From Candidatus Udaeobacter sp. (GTDB lineage: Bacteria; Patescibacteriota; Patescibacteriia; Magasanikbacterales; GWA2-37-8), in contig DATION010000003.1 in NCBI GenBank assembly GCA_035473115.1, forward strand, positions 3,264 through 67,263: a DNA stretch of 64,000 nt, in the 5' to 3' direction. Below the pieces are notes generated by a model. It ran no database searches. It was not told the DNA's origin and saw only the letters and a list, made by a program, of their open reading frames with translations. A program made the position numbers and the translations under genes. Of this stretch, positions 9,112-17,803 are shown one piece after another (position 1 is the first letter of the stretch; each line of letters begins with the position of its first letter).

Positions 9112-9136
9112 AAAAGACCCGCAAGGGTCTTTTTAA
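9112..9136. terminator. Bidirectional intrinsic terminator between convergently transcribed genes.
   Basis: aaaaagaccc gcaa gggtctttttaaa, a perfect hairpin flanked by A and T runs. Confidence 0.6.
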
Positions 9137-9141
9137 ATAGC

Positions 9142-9336
9142 TTAGTTTAATTTCCCCAATTCTTCCTCAAGTCTTTCTATCTCATCCTCTGTATTTTTTT
9201 TGTCTTCCGCAGATAAAGTTCTTGTGCCTTCCGCATCATCCGCCAAGTCCCTATTATACATAGCTAAAAGCCTCTGGATTTCTTCTGTTCTGCTTGTCTT
9301 TTTTTCGTCCGGATTAAATGTTGGTACTTCTCTCAT
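9142..9336 (-). CDS. Hypothetical small acidic coiled-coil protein; last gene of the comM-ppi operon.
   Basis: 64 aa ORF lying between the PPIase gene and a strong terminator. No recognisable domain. Confidence 0.35.
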   Translation of the reverse strand: MREVPTFNPDEKKTSRTEEIQRLLAMYNRDLADDAEGTRTLSAEDKKNTEDEIERLEEELGKLN

Positions 9337-9374
9337 ATATTTTTAGATTAATTAGATTAAAAATTAAATTAAAA

Positions 9375-10106
9375 TTATTTTTCAATAATATCTATAGATA
9401 AGATTTTGATTGGAGTAACTGGTTTAGATGTCTCTCCCATGCCGTTATCTGTTACTGGCGCTGCGGCAATTTTATCAACCACATCTAGGCCTTTAGTTAC
9501 TTTTCCAAAAATTACATAATTTGGTTGCAAAGTATTATCTTCATGCATAATAAAGAATTGGCTACCATTGGTGTTTGGACCATAATTAGCCATAGCTACA
9601 GTGCCGCGAGTATATTCGCCGGTAAATGTTTCATCGTCAAACTGGTAACCTGGGCCGCCATTACCTCTGCCGGTTGGGTCGCCGCTTTGGATCATAAAGC
9701 CTTTGATAACTCGGTGGAAAATAACATTATCATAAAACTTTTTCTTGGCTAGGAAAACAAAATTATTGGCAGTTACCGGAGTGGCAGCGGCATTTAAAGC
9801 AATATCAATTTCTCCGGCCGTTGTTTTCATTTTGGCAGTGTAAGTTTTCTTTTGGTCGATAATCATGATTGGGCTGGTGTATGTAGATAAATCCATATTT
9901 AGTTTACTTATATTTTTAATAGGTTTAGTGGCGGTAGAAGTTGTGCTGGTTGGGCTGACTGCCGGACTTTCAATGATAATGTTTGGGTTGTCAGAAGTTT
10001 GGGTATTAGTAGTTTTATTGGCTGGCTGATTTTGTTGGGTTTGTGAACAGCCGGCGCCGGTTAGAATTATTATAGCTGGAAATATGAAAAGGAGCAGTTT
10101 TTTCAT
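9375..10106 (-). CDS. Cyclophilin-type peptidyl-prolyl cis-trans isomerase, predicted to be a lipoprotein.
   Basis: Lipobox LTGAGC. Cyclophilin motifs FHRVIKGFMIQSGDP and GTVAMANYGPNTNGSQFFI. Confidence 0.9.
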   Translation of the reverse strand: MKKLLLFIFPAIIILTGAGCSQTQQNQPANKTTNTQTSDNPNIIIESPAVSPTSTTSTATKPIKNISKLNMDLSTYTSPIMIIDQKKTYTAKMKTTAGEIDIALNAAATPVTANNFVFLAKKKFYDNVIFHRVIKGFMIQSGDPTGRGNGGPGYQFDDETFTGEYTRGTVAMANYGPNTNGSQFFIMHEDNTLQPNYVIFGKVTKGLDVVDKIAAAPVTDNGMGETSKPVTPIKILSIDIIEK

Positions 10107-10243
10107 AATTGAAATGAGTGAGCGGAATGATTAAATGTATTTAATCATTTCCGAGTGAATGAGATTATATGTGAAACTATATAGAAAATTAAGTTAAATT
10201 TTATTGGTTAGAATTGTAGCAGAACTATAAATTTAGAGCAAAT

Positions 10244-11758
10244 TTATTCCACCTTCGCCCTAAACTGTAAAGCCTCCGCCACATGGTCTAATTTTATATC
10301 CTCACTTTTTCCCAAATCAGCAATTGTCCGAGCCAGTTTGAGAATACGATTATAAGCTCGAGCTGATAAATGCATTTGCGTAACCGCGGCGCGCAGCAAA
10401 TCTATAGATTGATCGTCGAGTTTACAGAACTCTTTAATTTCCGCGTTGCGCATTTCGCTATTGCAATGGATATTTTTATTCCAAAAACGTTTGGTTTGAA
10501 TATTTCTAGCTTCTTCCACTCGTTGGCGAATACTTTCTGACGATTCACCAAGAGTATCACTGGCAAGTTTATCAAATTTTACCCGCGGCACTTCAACATG
10601 CAAATCAATTCGGTCTAGTAATGGTCCGCTAATTTTTTTCTGGTAGCGAATTACCTGGCTGGGGCCACAGACACATTGTCTATCTGGGTCGCTGCTAAAT
10701 CCGCACGGACACGGGTTTTGGCTGGCCATGAGAATAAATCGGGCCGGAAAAGTTAAAACTCCTTGAGCCCGGGAAATAGTAATCAGTCCGTCTTCCAGTG
10801 GTTGGCGTAAGCTTTCCAAAACTGTGCGAGGAAATTCGGGAAATTCATCTAAGAATAAAACCCCACGATGGGCCAGAGAGATTTCTCCCGGGCGCGGATG
10901 TTTGCCGCCCCCGACTAATGATACGTTAGAAGCGGTATGGTGTGGTGCGCGAAATGGTCTTTCTTTTATAAATCCGTTTTGTAATAATCCGGCCACGGAA
11001 TAAATTTTTGTAACCTCTAAGGCTTCATCGGCAGTTAATCTGGGCAGAATAGAAGGAAAGCTGCGAGCTAATAAAGTTTTGCCAGATCCCGGCGGCCCGC
11101 TCATAAGAATGTTGTGCGCGCCGCTGGCTGCAATTTCTAAAGCGCGTTTAACAAATTCTTGGCCTTTAATTAAAGCCATATCTAATTCGTATTGGGGTGT
11201 GGTAAATTCATTCCAGTTTTGCGGTCGAACGTAGGGAGTAATTAGTTTTGTTTCTGTGAGGTGTTCCACTAACTGTTTTAAATTTTTTACTGGATAAATA
11301 TCTATGCCGCCAACTAATCCGGCTTCGGGCGCGTCAGTTTCTGGCAAGAATATTCTTTTTAAGCCATTTTGTTTGGCAAAAATTGTGATTGGCAAAATGC
11401 CATTGGTGTGGCGCAGAGATCCGTCTAGCGCCAGCTCGCCGACAAATAAAGCGTCATCCAGATCTATCTGTAAATCGTTACTAATCATTATGATTCCCAG
11501 AGCCATAGGCAAGTCATAAGCCGGGCCTTCTTTGTGTAAATCCGCCGGCGCCAGGTTTACGAGAATACGAAAATTAAATGGATAGTTGAAATCAGAGTTT
11601 TTTAAAGCCGAATGAATTCGGTCTTTGGCTTCAAAGATAGAAGTGTCGGGCAAACCGACAATATTAAACGCGCTTTGCCCTTTGTTAATATCAACTTCCA
11701 CATCGACCGGCAGACAGTCTAAGCCGACTGCCGCAGCCGAATTAAGTTTTAGAAACAT
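10244..11758 (-). CDS. comM: Mg-chelatase-like AAA+ ATPase of the YifB/ComM family.
   Basis: 504 aa with Walker A GPPGSGKT, a Lon-like N-terminal domain and a Cys cluster CPCG...C.C typical of ComM. Confidence 0.9.
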   Translation of the reverse strand: MFLKLNSAAAVGLDCLPVDVEVDINKGQSAFNIVGLPDTSIFEAKDRIHSALKNSDFNYPFNFRILVNLAPADLHKEGPAYDLPMALGIIMISNDLQIDLDDALFVGELALDGSLRHTNGILPITIFAKQNGLKRIFLPETDAPEAGLVGGIDIYPVKNLKQLVEHLTETKLITPYVRPQNWNEFTTPQYELDMALIKGQEFVKRALEIAASGAHNILMSGPPGSGKTLLARSFPSILPRLTADEALEVTKIYSVAGLLQNGFIKERPFRAPHHTASNVSLVGGGKHPRPGEISLAHRGVLFLDEFPEFPRTVLESLRQPLEDGLITISRAQGVLTFPARFILMASQNPCPCGFSSDPDRQCVCGPSQVIRYQKKISGPLLDRIDLHVEVPRVKFDKLASDTLGESSESIRQRVEEARNIQTKRFWNKNIHCNSEMRNAEIKEFCKLDDQSIDLLRAAVTQMHLSARAYNRILKLARTIADLGKSEDIKLDHVAEALQFRAKVE

Positions 11759-11775
11759 AGTGGGTATATTTGTGT

Positions 11776-12234
11776 TTACGGCGCAGCTTGTGTTTTATTT
11801 TTCAAATCTAGTAAATAAATTATTAATCCGCTTACTATTAGTATATCACCAATATTTATTATGGCAGTTCCAATAATAAAATAATCGATTACTAAATGAT
11901 AAAATATTCGGTCAAGTAAATTGGAAGTTGCTCCAGCCAGCAGTATAGACCATGCCAAGAGCAATTTTGGCGTAGCAGCATTTTTTTTATTTAATTCTTT
12001 AAAAAAAAGATAGCCGATTAGTCCAATCATTGGCAAGGTTAAAAATATAGTGGCAGAGTTCGAGAGCGGCAGCCCGAAAGCCAGGCCACTATTAAGAAAC
12101 AGCTGCCAGCCAAAATAGGGGAAAATTAATTTTGAATCTGTCCAGTTATGAAAAGCTTGCCATTTTAAAAATTGGTCAAGCAATAAAAAAAGCCCGCTAA
12201 TCAAAATTATTAGAAGGGCTTTTTTATTTTTCAT
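11776..12234 (-). CDS. lspA: Lipoprotein signal peptidase II.
   Basis: 152 aa with four transmembrane segments and the LspA motifs NSGLAFGL and FNIGD-like IINIGD. Confidence 0.85.
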   Translation of the reverse strand: MKNKKALLIILISGLFLLLDQFLKWQAFHNWTDSKLIFPYFGWQLFLNSGLAFGLPLSNSATIFLTLPMIGLIGYLFFKELNKKNAATPKLLLAWSILLAGATSNLLDRIFYHLVIDYFIIGTAIINIGDILIVSGLIIYLLDLKNKTQAAP

Positions 12235-12236
12235 AC

Positions 12237-12629
12237 CTAAACTTCCTGAGTAATAGTTTTTTTGCAGCTCATGCAGGAGCTGGAAGTGAGTCTGGCCAAT
12301 AATCTTTTTTCTTCAATAGGTTTATGGCAGTATTTGCAGATCCCGTAATCGCCTTTTTCCAGTCTCTTTAAGGATTGGTCAGTGTCCCGGAGGGATTTTT
12401 CTAGGTTTTCTTCTATAGAGCGGTTAACAGTATAATCAGCTACTTCAGCCGCATTTTCATCCTCTTTGTCTCCGTAATCAGGAAAAGTGGTCTCTGAGTC
12501 ATTCTCAGCACCAGGTTTTTTATTAAATTTGGCTAATTCTCGCTCTATTTTGGCCTTTTCTTCTAAAAGCAGAGCCTTTACCTTTTTTAGGAATTCTGCA
12601 GAAAATGGTGTTTTTGTTTTAGTTGTCAT
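12237..12629 (-). CDS. DksA/TraR-family C4 zinc-finger protein.
   Basis: An N-terminal coiled coil is followed by CKYCHKPI...CMSCK, a CxxC-N17-CxxC arrangement. A dksA/traR-like gene directly upstream of lspA is a conserved pairing. Confidence 0.75.
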   Translation of the reverse strand: MTTKTKTPFSAEFLKKVKALLLEEKAKIERELAKFNKKPGAENDSETTFPDYGDKEDENAAEVADYTVNRSIEENLEKSLRDTDQSLKRLEKGDYGICKYCHKPIEEKRLLARLTSSSCMSCKKTITQEV

Positions 12630-12699
12630 ATGTTTATGAATAGTCCCCTCTAATTAAATAAAGCAGTCGAATTGACTGTTTATTACTATTAATAGATTT

Positions 12700-12728
12700 A
12701 CTTTATCAACAAGAAAGTGCCCTGTCAA
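12700..12728 (-). promoter_or_regulatory. Sigma-70-like promoter for the dksA-like/lspA operon.
   Basis: On the minus strand: TTGACA, a 17 nt spacer, then TAAAGT, about 70 nt upstream of the ORF start. Confidence 0.35.
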
Positions 12729-12743
12729 CAAGGTTAATAGGTA

Positions 12744-12974
12744 TTAACCTTGATTATTGTCACTATCATTGTCCTGATTTTGTCCTCTTTCTATATTGTC
12801 TAGTCCAGGTCTGGCTGTTGTTCTGTTAGAGAAAGGCATTCCTGAAATAATATCAAAACCTCTAGCCATTCCAGGTTCAAGCTTTTTCACTTCCTTTTTT
12901 GGAAATTGCTCCGGCTTGCCTGTTTTTGGGTTGGTAACATTTATGAATTCTTCTGGTTTAGGAAATTCAGACAT
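12744..12974 (-). CDS. Hypothetical 76 aa hydrophilic protein.
   Basis: ORF only; there is no Shine-Dalgarno sequence. A hairpin overlaps its stop codon. Confidence 0.3.
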   Translation of the reverse strand: MSEFPKPEEFINVTNPKTGKPEQFPKKEVKKLEPGMARGFDIISGMPFSNRTTARPGLDNIERGQNQDNDSDNNQG

Positions 12975-13437
12975 ATTTTTAATTTAAAGTTAATAACCTT
13001 GCTTATTTAAACTACCATTTCAGCTAGGAGTAGTCAATTTTTTGAGTAAAATTAAAAAAGGCGATCACCCTCTAGATCAATCGTGAAATTGGTACAGAGG
13101 CGGATCGCCTTTTGGTAGACACTATTAAGGAGAAATGCTTTCCCCTCTCGGGGAAATGGGCATGTTACGTCTTTAATAGTATAAAATTTCTGACCCTAAC
13201 CGCTTGTGGGTAGAGCCCTAGGTCAAAGGAACCCGTGAGGGTATTTGACAAAATTAGAGTTGCCCGGGAAGAAGTTGGGCGTACCATTGCCGTTCTGTCT
13301 TATGTTGACAGATAGCAGTTGCTCGCCCGCTTTCTTGCTTTTACAGTTGAAAGGTCTTCAGTCACTTGTAAGTGACTAGTTGTTTCGTAGATTTAACTAC
13401 ATAGATAGTATATCAGTTTTTAGTCAGTTTGTCAATT

Positions 13438-13565
13438 ATTTGTATAGACTAATCTATACAAATAAGATTTTGTCTATAATTAGCAAAAAATCCTCAATGT
13501 TATCCTCAAAAGCTGGCACTTATACCCCGAGTTATCCACAGTTGTATAGACTAGTGTATACAAAT
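13438..13565. promoter_or_regulatory. Twin ~22 bp palindromes flanking a cluster of DnaA boxes, upstream of the LTD gene.
   Basis: Palindrome tgtatagaCTAAtctataca at 13441-13460 and palindrome ttgtatagactagtgtatacaa at 13541-13565. Between them lie TTATCCtCA at 13500-13508 and a perfect TTATCCACA at 13532-13540. Confidence 0.4.
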
Positions 13566-13783
13566 TTGTTAAATAAATTTGGTTTTGACTTTAAAAGCTA
13601 TAGTTTGCACAAGCTTTCTTCAATCATTAGTGTTTTTAGTTGCACGGCTTAATAAATTGTAATAAGCAACCTTTAAGAAGGCAGGTTATTTATAGGTATT
13701 TGTGAGTAGTAATCTATTTTGTTATAATAAATTTCAATTTTATAATAAATGGAGGGTTAGTTTCTAAGTAATTTTTATAATTT

Positions 13784-16360
13784 ATGAAAAAACTAAATAT
13801 TATTTTTATCTCTTTTCTGCTTCTAGGCAGTTTTTTTGTTTCTAAAAGAGTTTTGAGCGCTAATACTGATATAGTTATTAATGAGATTGGAGCTTATCCT
13901 ACAGCTGATCATCAATGGATTGAGATTTGGAATAAAGGCACTAGTCCGATAAATCTCTCAGGCTGGAAGTTGTGGGATCCAACTGTTACCAATGGACATG
14001 GTTTAACTGTTAGTACCACTACAGATCCAGTTGTGGCCAGTGGAGAGTATGCTGTAATAGTCAAAGATGTAAGCAGTTTTCTATCTGATTATCCTAATTT
14101 TTTAGGATCTATTTTTGATTCGTCATTTATATTAAGCAAGAGAGATGGAGGAATACTTGGTTTAAAAGATAATAATGGTGTTTTTGTAGAAACATCAACA
14201 TATCCGGGTGGATTGGATCATTCATGGGAGCGTAAGAATCCCTATTTAGCTGACTACAGCAGTTCTAACTGGCAAGAACATACAAGCGGCAATACCGTAG
14301 GAACAGTGAATAGTAATTTTTTTAGCGGGAATATAACAACTTCCTCGACTGGAAATAATAATTCTTTCAGTTCAGCTCTTGTTTCTTCGCCTGCCTTGTT
14401 AGCTATTTGGTCAAATTTAAAAATTAATGAATTTGTGTCTGATCCAGATTCTGGGAACGAGTGGGTAGAACTATTTAATCCTACAACTAGCAGTTTGGAT
14501 TTGGTCAGCGGTTATATTTGCGATTCTCGCAACACTACCTCAACTTGCAAAGTCATTAGCGGAATGATTTCTGCCAGTAGTTGGTTAAAAATAGATTTAC
14601 TAACTAACAGTTATTTAAATAATACCGGTGACTCGGTAATTTTAAAAAATTCGGATGGTGATACTATTGATCAGATTAATTATTCTGATAGCAATGCTCC
14701 GGTCAAAGGTCAGTCTTTAGCACGCATAGACGATGGTGTTGATTCTGATAATAATAGTGATTGGTCTATAACTACCGAGCCTACTCCAGGCGCAGAAAAT
14801 ATTATAATCGCGCCAACGGCCAGCGAAATTCAATCCGGATCTGGCAGTGGCGGCTATTATTATAATTCTAATGATTCTGTTTCTGTCACTGCAACTTCCT
14901 CGAAAAAGATTTCTATCAGTAAAACTTCTGTAAGCAAAGAAAAAGTAATTGGTTTAAAATGGAAAATAAAATACGATTTGCGTTTGCGCCAAGGTGAAGA
15001 AGCGGTTTTTGATGCTACAAAAAGTTTGGATCCGCGTGGCGGTCGAATAGAATATAGTTGGAATTTTGGCGATAAAATTATGGCTGGAGCTATTGTAAAT
15101 TATTCTTTTACTACTTCGGGAGTCCACGAAGTTATTATTCATACTACCAGCACTGCCGGCACAGTTGATGAGAAGAAAATAACTATCATGGTTTATCCTT
15201 TTGCGGAAACTGCTGGGTCAGGCATAATTTTTAGCGAGTTACTACCTAGAGCTAGTTCTGCTGAAGATGAGTATGTTCGTTTAAAAAATATTTCTGATCG
15301 AACAATTGATTTATCAAATTGGAAAATAGCTTACAAAAATGATGTATTTGAGATTCCAGTCAGCACTACTTTGGCAGCTAGTGATTATTTAACTTTTTAT
15401 CAAACTATTACTGGATTTTCTCTGAATAATTCGGGCGGTCAATTATTGTTGTTAAATCAAAATAATATTCTACTAGATGAAATTGAATACGGAAAATCTG
15501 ATGAGGGTATGGTTTATAAATTTATTGATGATAAATGGAATTGGGTAATGCCGACAACATCGGATAAAAATTTAATTGTAAAAATAAATAGCTCGGCTAC
15601 TAAATTTTCTGGAAGATTTTTTACCGACATTGCCAGTGCTCGCGCCGGACAAAAAGGCGATTGGGCCAGAGTCAAAGGCGCGGTGTCTGTTTTGCCTGGA
15701 GTTTTTGGCAGTCAATATTTTTATATAACAGATGGAATTGGCGGTATTGAAGTTTATCAAAATAAAAAAGACTTTCCGCCACTCGAGCCAGGAGATTTTG
15801 TGGAAGTATACGGATCAATCTTCGAAGCTAATGGCATAAAAAGAATTAATTTAAAAAGTAAAGATAATGTAGATATTTTGTCTATGGATAATTTCGTGAG
15901 CAGTACGGAATTAAATTTAGATGAGATCGATGAAAGTTTGGCTGGCGGGATGGTGCAAATAATAGGAGAAATTACAGATTTAAAAAGCAGCTACATGTAT
16001 GTTGATAGCGGTGTTGGCGAAATTATGGTTTATTTTAAACAAGGCGCCAATATAGATAAAACTAAATTTAAAAAAGGAGAGAATGTTAGAGTAAACGGAA
16101 TTTTGGAACAGACAAAAACTGGCTGGCAGATTTGGCCGCACTCCAGCAATGATATTGAATCCTTGGGTCTATCGGCTGATTTAATTAATGAAGAAAAATT
16201 GAATAATACTAATGAAACGAAATCGAAATATATGACTGTTACAGTTGGCGGAGTGGCCACATTAATTTTAGGGTTTTTGTTTAGGGGCAGGGGTGTATTT
16301 TTGAAAAGAGCTATTGGTGTGGTTGTAGGGTTTATCAGGAAAGATAAGGATATTGGCTAG
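13784..16360 (+). CDS. Large surface protein with three lamin-tail (LTD) domains, a PKD-like domain and an OB-fold-like domain, anchored by a C-terminal transmembrane segment.
   Basis: Signal peptide. Three copies of the LTD pattern: VINEI..HQWIEIWNKGTSPINLSGW, INEFVSDPDSGNEWVELFNPTTSSLDL and IIFSELLP..EDEYVRLKNISDRTIDLSNW. PKD motif YSWNFGD. The tail TVGGVATLILGFLF forms the C-terminal transmembrane anchor. Confidence 0.75.
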   Translation: MKKLNIIFISFLLLGSFFVSKRVLSANTDIVINEIGAYPTADHQWIEIWNKGTSPINLSGWKLWDPTVTNGHGLTVSTTTDPVVASGEYAVIVKDVSSFLSDYPNFLGSIFDSSFILSKRDGGILGLKDNNGVFVETSTYPGGLDHSWERKNPYLADYSSSNWQEHTSGNTVGTVNSNFFSGNITTSSTGNNNSFSSALVSSPALLAIWSNLKINEFVSDPDSGNEWVELFNPTTSSLDLVSGYICDSRNTTSTCKVISGMISASSWLKIDLLTNSYLNNTGDSVILKNSDGDTIDQINYSDSNAPVKGQSLARIDDGVDSDNNSDWSITTEPTPGAENIIIAPTASEIQSGSGSGGYYYNSNDSVSVTATSSKKISISKTSVSKEKVIGLKWKIKYDLRLRQGEEAVFDATKSLDPRGGRIEYSWNFGDKIMAGAIVNYSFTTSGVHEVIIHTTSTAGTVDEKKITIMVYPFAETAGSGIIFSELLPRASSAEDEYVRLKNISDRTIDLSNWKIAYKNDVFEIPVSTTLAASDYLTFYQTITGFSLNNSGGQLLLLNQNNILLDEIEYGKSDEGMVYKFIDDKWNWVMPTTSDKNLIVKINSSATKFSGRFFTDIASARAGQKGDWARVKGAVSVLPGVFGSQYFYITDGIGGIEVYQNKKDFPPLEPGDFVEVYGSIFEANGIKRINLKSKDNVDILSMDNFVSSTELNLDEIDESLAGGMVQIIGEITDLKSSYMYVDSGVGEIMVYFKQGANIDKTKFKKGENVRVNGILEQTKTGWQIWPHSSNDIESLGLSADLINEEKLNNTNETKSKYMTVTVGGVATLILGFLFRGRGVFLKRAIGVVVGFIRKDKDIG

Positions 16361-16439
16361 TCTTGAAAATTTTTGCGGCTTATGATAAAATTGCGTACGA
16401 GCAGCTTACTTAAAATTTAAATCATTAATTAAATATTAT

Positions 16440-17081
16440 ATGACAAATCTCGACACTGTCATTGATCAGCTCAACTGGCGCGGAGCTACTAAAAGTTTTG
16501 ATACTAGTAAGAAAGTATCAGATGCAGATTTTGATAAATTGATGGAAGCGGCTCGATTGGCTCCATCATCATTTGGATTGCAGCCGTGGAAAGTCGTAGT
16601 AGTAAAAAATCCAGAATTACGCGCTAAACTGCGCGCTGCTGGTTATAATCAAGCGCAGATTACTGACGCTTCGCACTTTGTAGTTTTTTGTTCTCGAACT
16701 AATTTTAATGAACAGGATGTAGAGCATTTTGTTAAATCAATCGCCGAGGAACGCGGTGCTACGCTAGAATCACTAGAAGAGTATAAGAAAATGATGGTTG
16801 GTTCAGTTAAATCTAGAAAATTGGAAGATATTAATGAGTGGTGCGCTCGCCAAACATACATTATGGTTGGTTTCTTGCTTGAAGCTTGCGCTATGGTAGG
16901 GATTGATGCCTGCCCAATGGAAGGTTTTGATAACGCCGCCTTTGATGAAATACTTGGTTTGAAAGATAAGAATTTAGCGTCTCGAGTGATGTGCGCCATT
17001 GGTTACCGTGCCGACGATGATTGGGTCAGTAAAGTGAAAAAAGTTCGTTTTCCAAAAGAGGAAGTAATTATTGAAATGTAA
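16440..17081 (+). CDS. NAD(P)H nitroreductase-family oxidoreductase.
   Basis: 213 aa with the nitroreductase fold signature RGATKSFD...SSFGLQPWK and a C-terminal GY motif. Confidence 0.9.
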   Translation: MTNLDTVIDQLNWRGATKSFDTSKKVSDADFDKLMEAARLAPSSFGLQPWKVVVVKNPELRAKLRAAGYNQAQITDASHFVVFCSRTNFNEQDVEHFVKSIAEERGATLESLEEYKKMMVGSVKSRKLEDINEWCARQTYIMVGFLLEACAMVGIDACPMEGFDNAAFDEILGLKDKNLASRVMCAIGYRADDDWVSKVKKVRFPKEEVIIEM

Positions 17082-17111
17082 AATTAACTCCCCATTAAAT
17101 TGGGGAGAACT

Positions 17112-17201
17112 GGAAGGGTAGCCAAGTGGTTTACGGCAACAGTCTTGAAAACTGTCGCCCATGCAAGTGGGCCGTGAGTTCGAATCTCACCCCTTCCGCC
17201 A
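17112..17201 (+). tRNA. tRNA-Ser with anticodon TGA; a type II tRNA with a long variable arm and an encoded CCA tail.
   Basis: Acceptor stem GGAAGGG / CCCTTCC. Anticodon loop cttgaaa. T-arm gtgag ttcgaat ctcac. Ends with gCCA. Confidence 0.9.
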
Positions 17202-17212
17202 AATTTGAAAAT

Positions 17213-17791
17213 ATGAAATTAGGGAAAACATTATATGTTTCCGACAGAAAATCATGGAGAGAATGGCTTTCTAAAAACTATAATAAGGAAAGTGAAATTT
17301 GGTTAATTTATTATCGTAAAGACAGCGGTAAACCCAGAATTTCTTATAATGATGCTGTAGAAGAGGCGCTCTGCTATGGCTGGATTGATAGTACGATTAA
17401 ATCTATTGATAAAGAAAGTTTTGCACAACGATTCTCTGTCAGAAAGAAGACAAGCAATCTTTCGCAAATGAACAAGGAACGGATCTATAAACTCATTGCT
17501 CAAAAACAGATGACAAAGGCCGGGCTGGCTGCAATCTCTCATGTATTTGATGTGGCTAAAGATAAAGAAAAATCAGTAACCATATCTCCAGATATTCTCA
17601 AACCGCTCAAAGCAAATAAAGAAGCTTGGGAAAATTTTCAAAGCTTTCCTGAAAGCTATAAACGGATTCGTATTGCCTACATCGAAAGCCGTAAACGCCA
17701 CGGTGATGATCAATTTATTAAATCACTTACTCATTTCATTAATATGACAGCCAAAAATAAACGGATTGGTTTTGTCAAAGAAATGAAATAA
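17213..17791 (+). CDS. YdeI/OmpD-associated family protein (DUF1801-like).
   Basis: Pattern SWREWL...IWLIYYRK...ISYNDAVEEALCYGWIDS. The start is moved to the internal Met because the upstream part of the track ORF overlaps tRNA-Ser. Confidence 0.6.
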   Translation: MKLGKTLYVSDRKSWREWLSKNYNKESEIWLIYYRKDSGKPRISYNDAVEEALCYGWIDSTIKSIDKESFAQRFSVRKKTSNLSQMNKERIYKLIAQKQMTKAGLAAISHVFDVAKDKEKSVTISPDILKPLKANKEAWENFQSFPESYKRIRIAYIESRKRHGDDQFIKSLTHFINMTAKNKRIGFVKEMK

Positions 17792-17803
17792 TTTTATAAA
17801 TAT

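Noticed and set aside
12990-13380. rnpB, SRP RNA or tmRNA assignment for the structured non-coding region.
   Set aside because: The conserved cores of RNase P RNA, 4.5S RNA and the tmRNA termini were compared by eye on both strands without a convincing match. The region is kept only as an unassigned structured region.
13380-13652. 90 aa plus-strand ORF spanning the DnaA-box/palindrome region.
   Set aside because: The reading frame is generated by AT-rich repeats and palindromes. The sequence is low-complexity, has no ribosome-binding site, and the region is better explained as regulatory DNA.
17126-17212. N-terminal 29 codons of track ORF 17126..17791.
   Set aside because: They overlap tRNA-Ser(TGA) at 17112-17201. 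The start was moved to the internal Met at 17213, which has better homolog-like N-terminal sequence.
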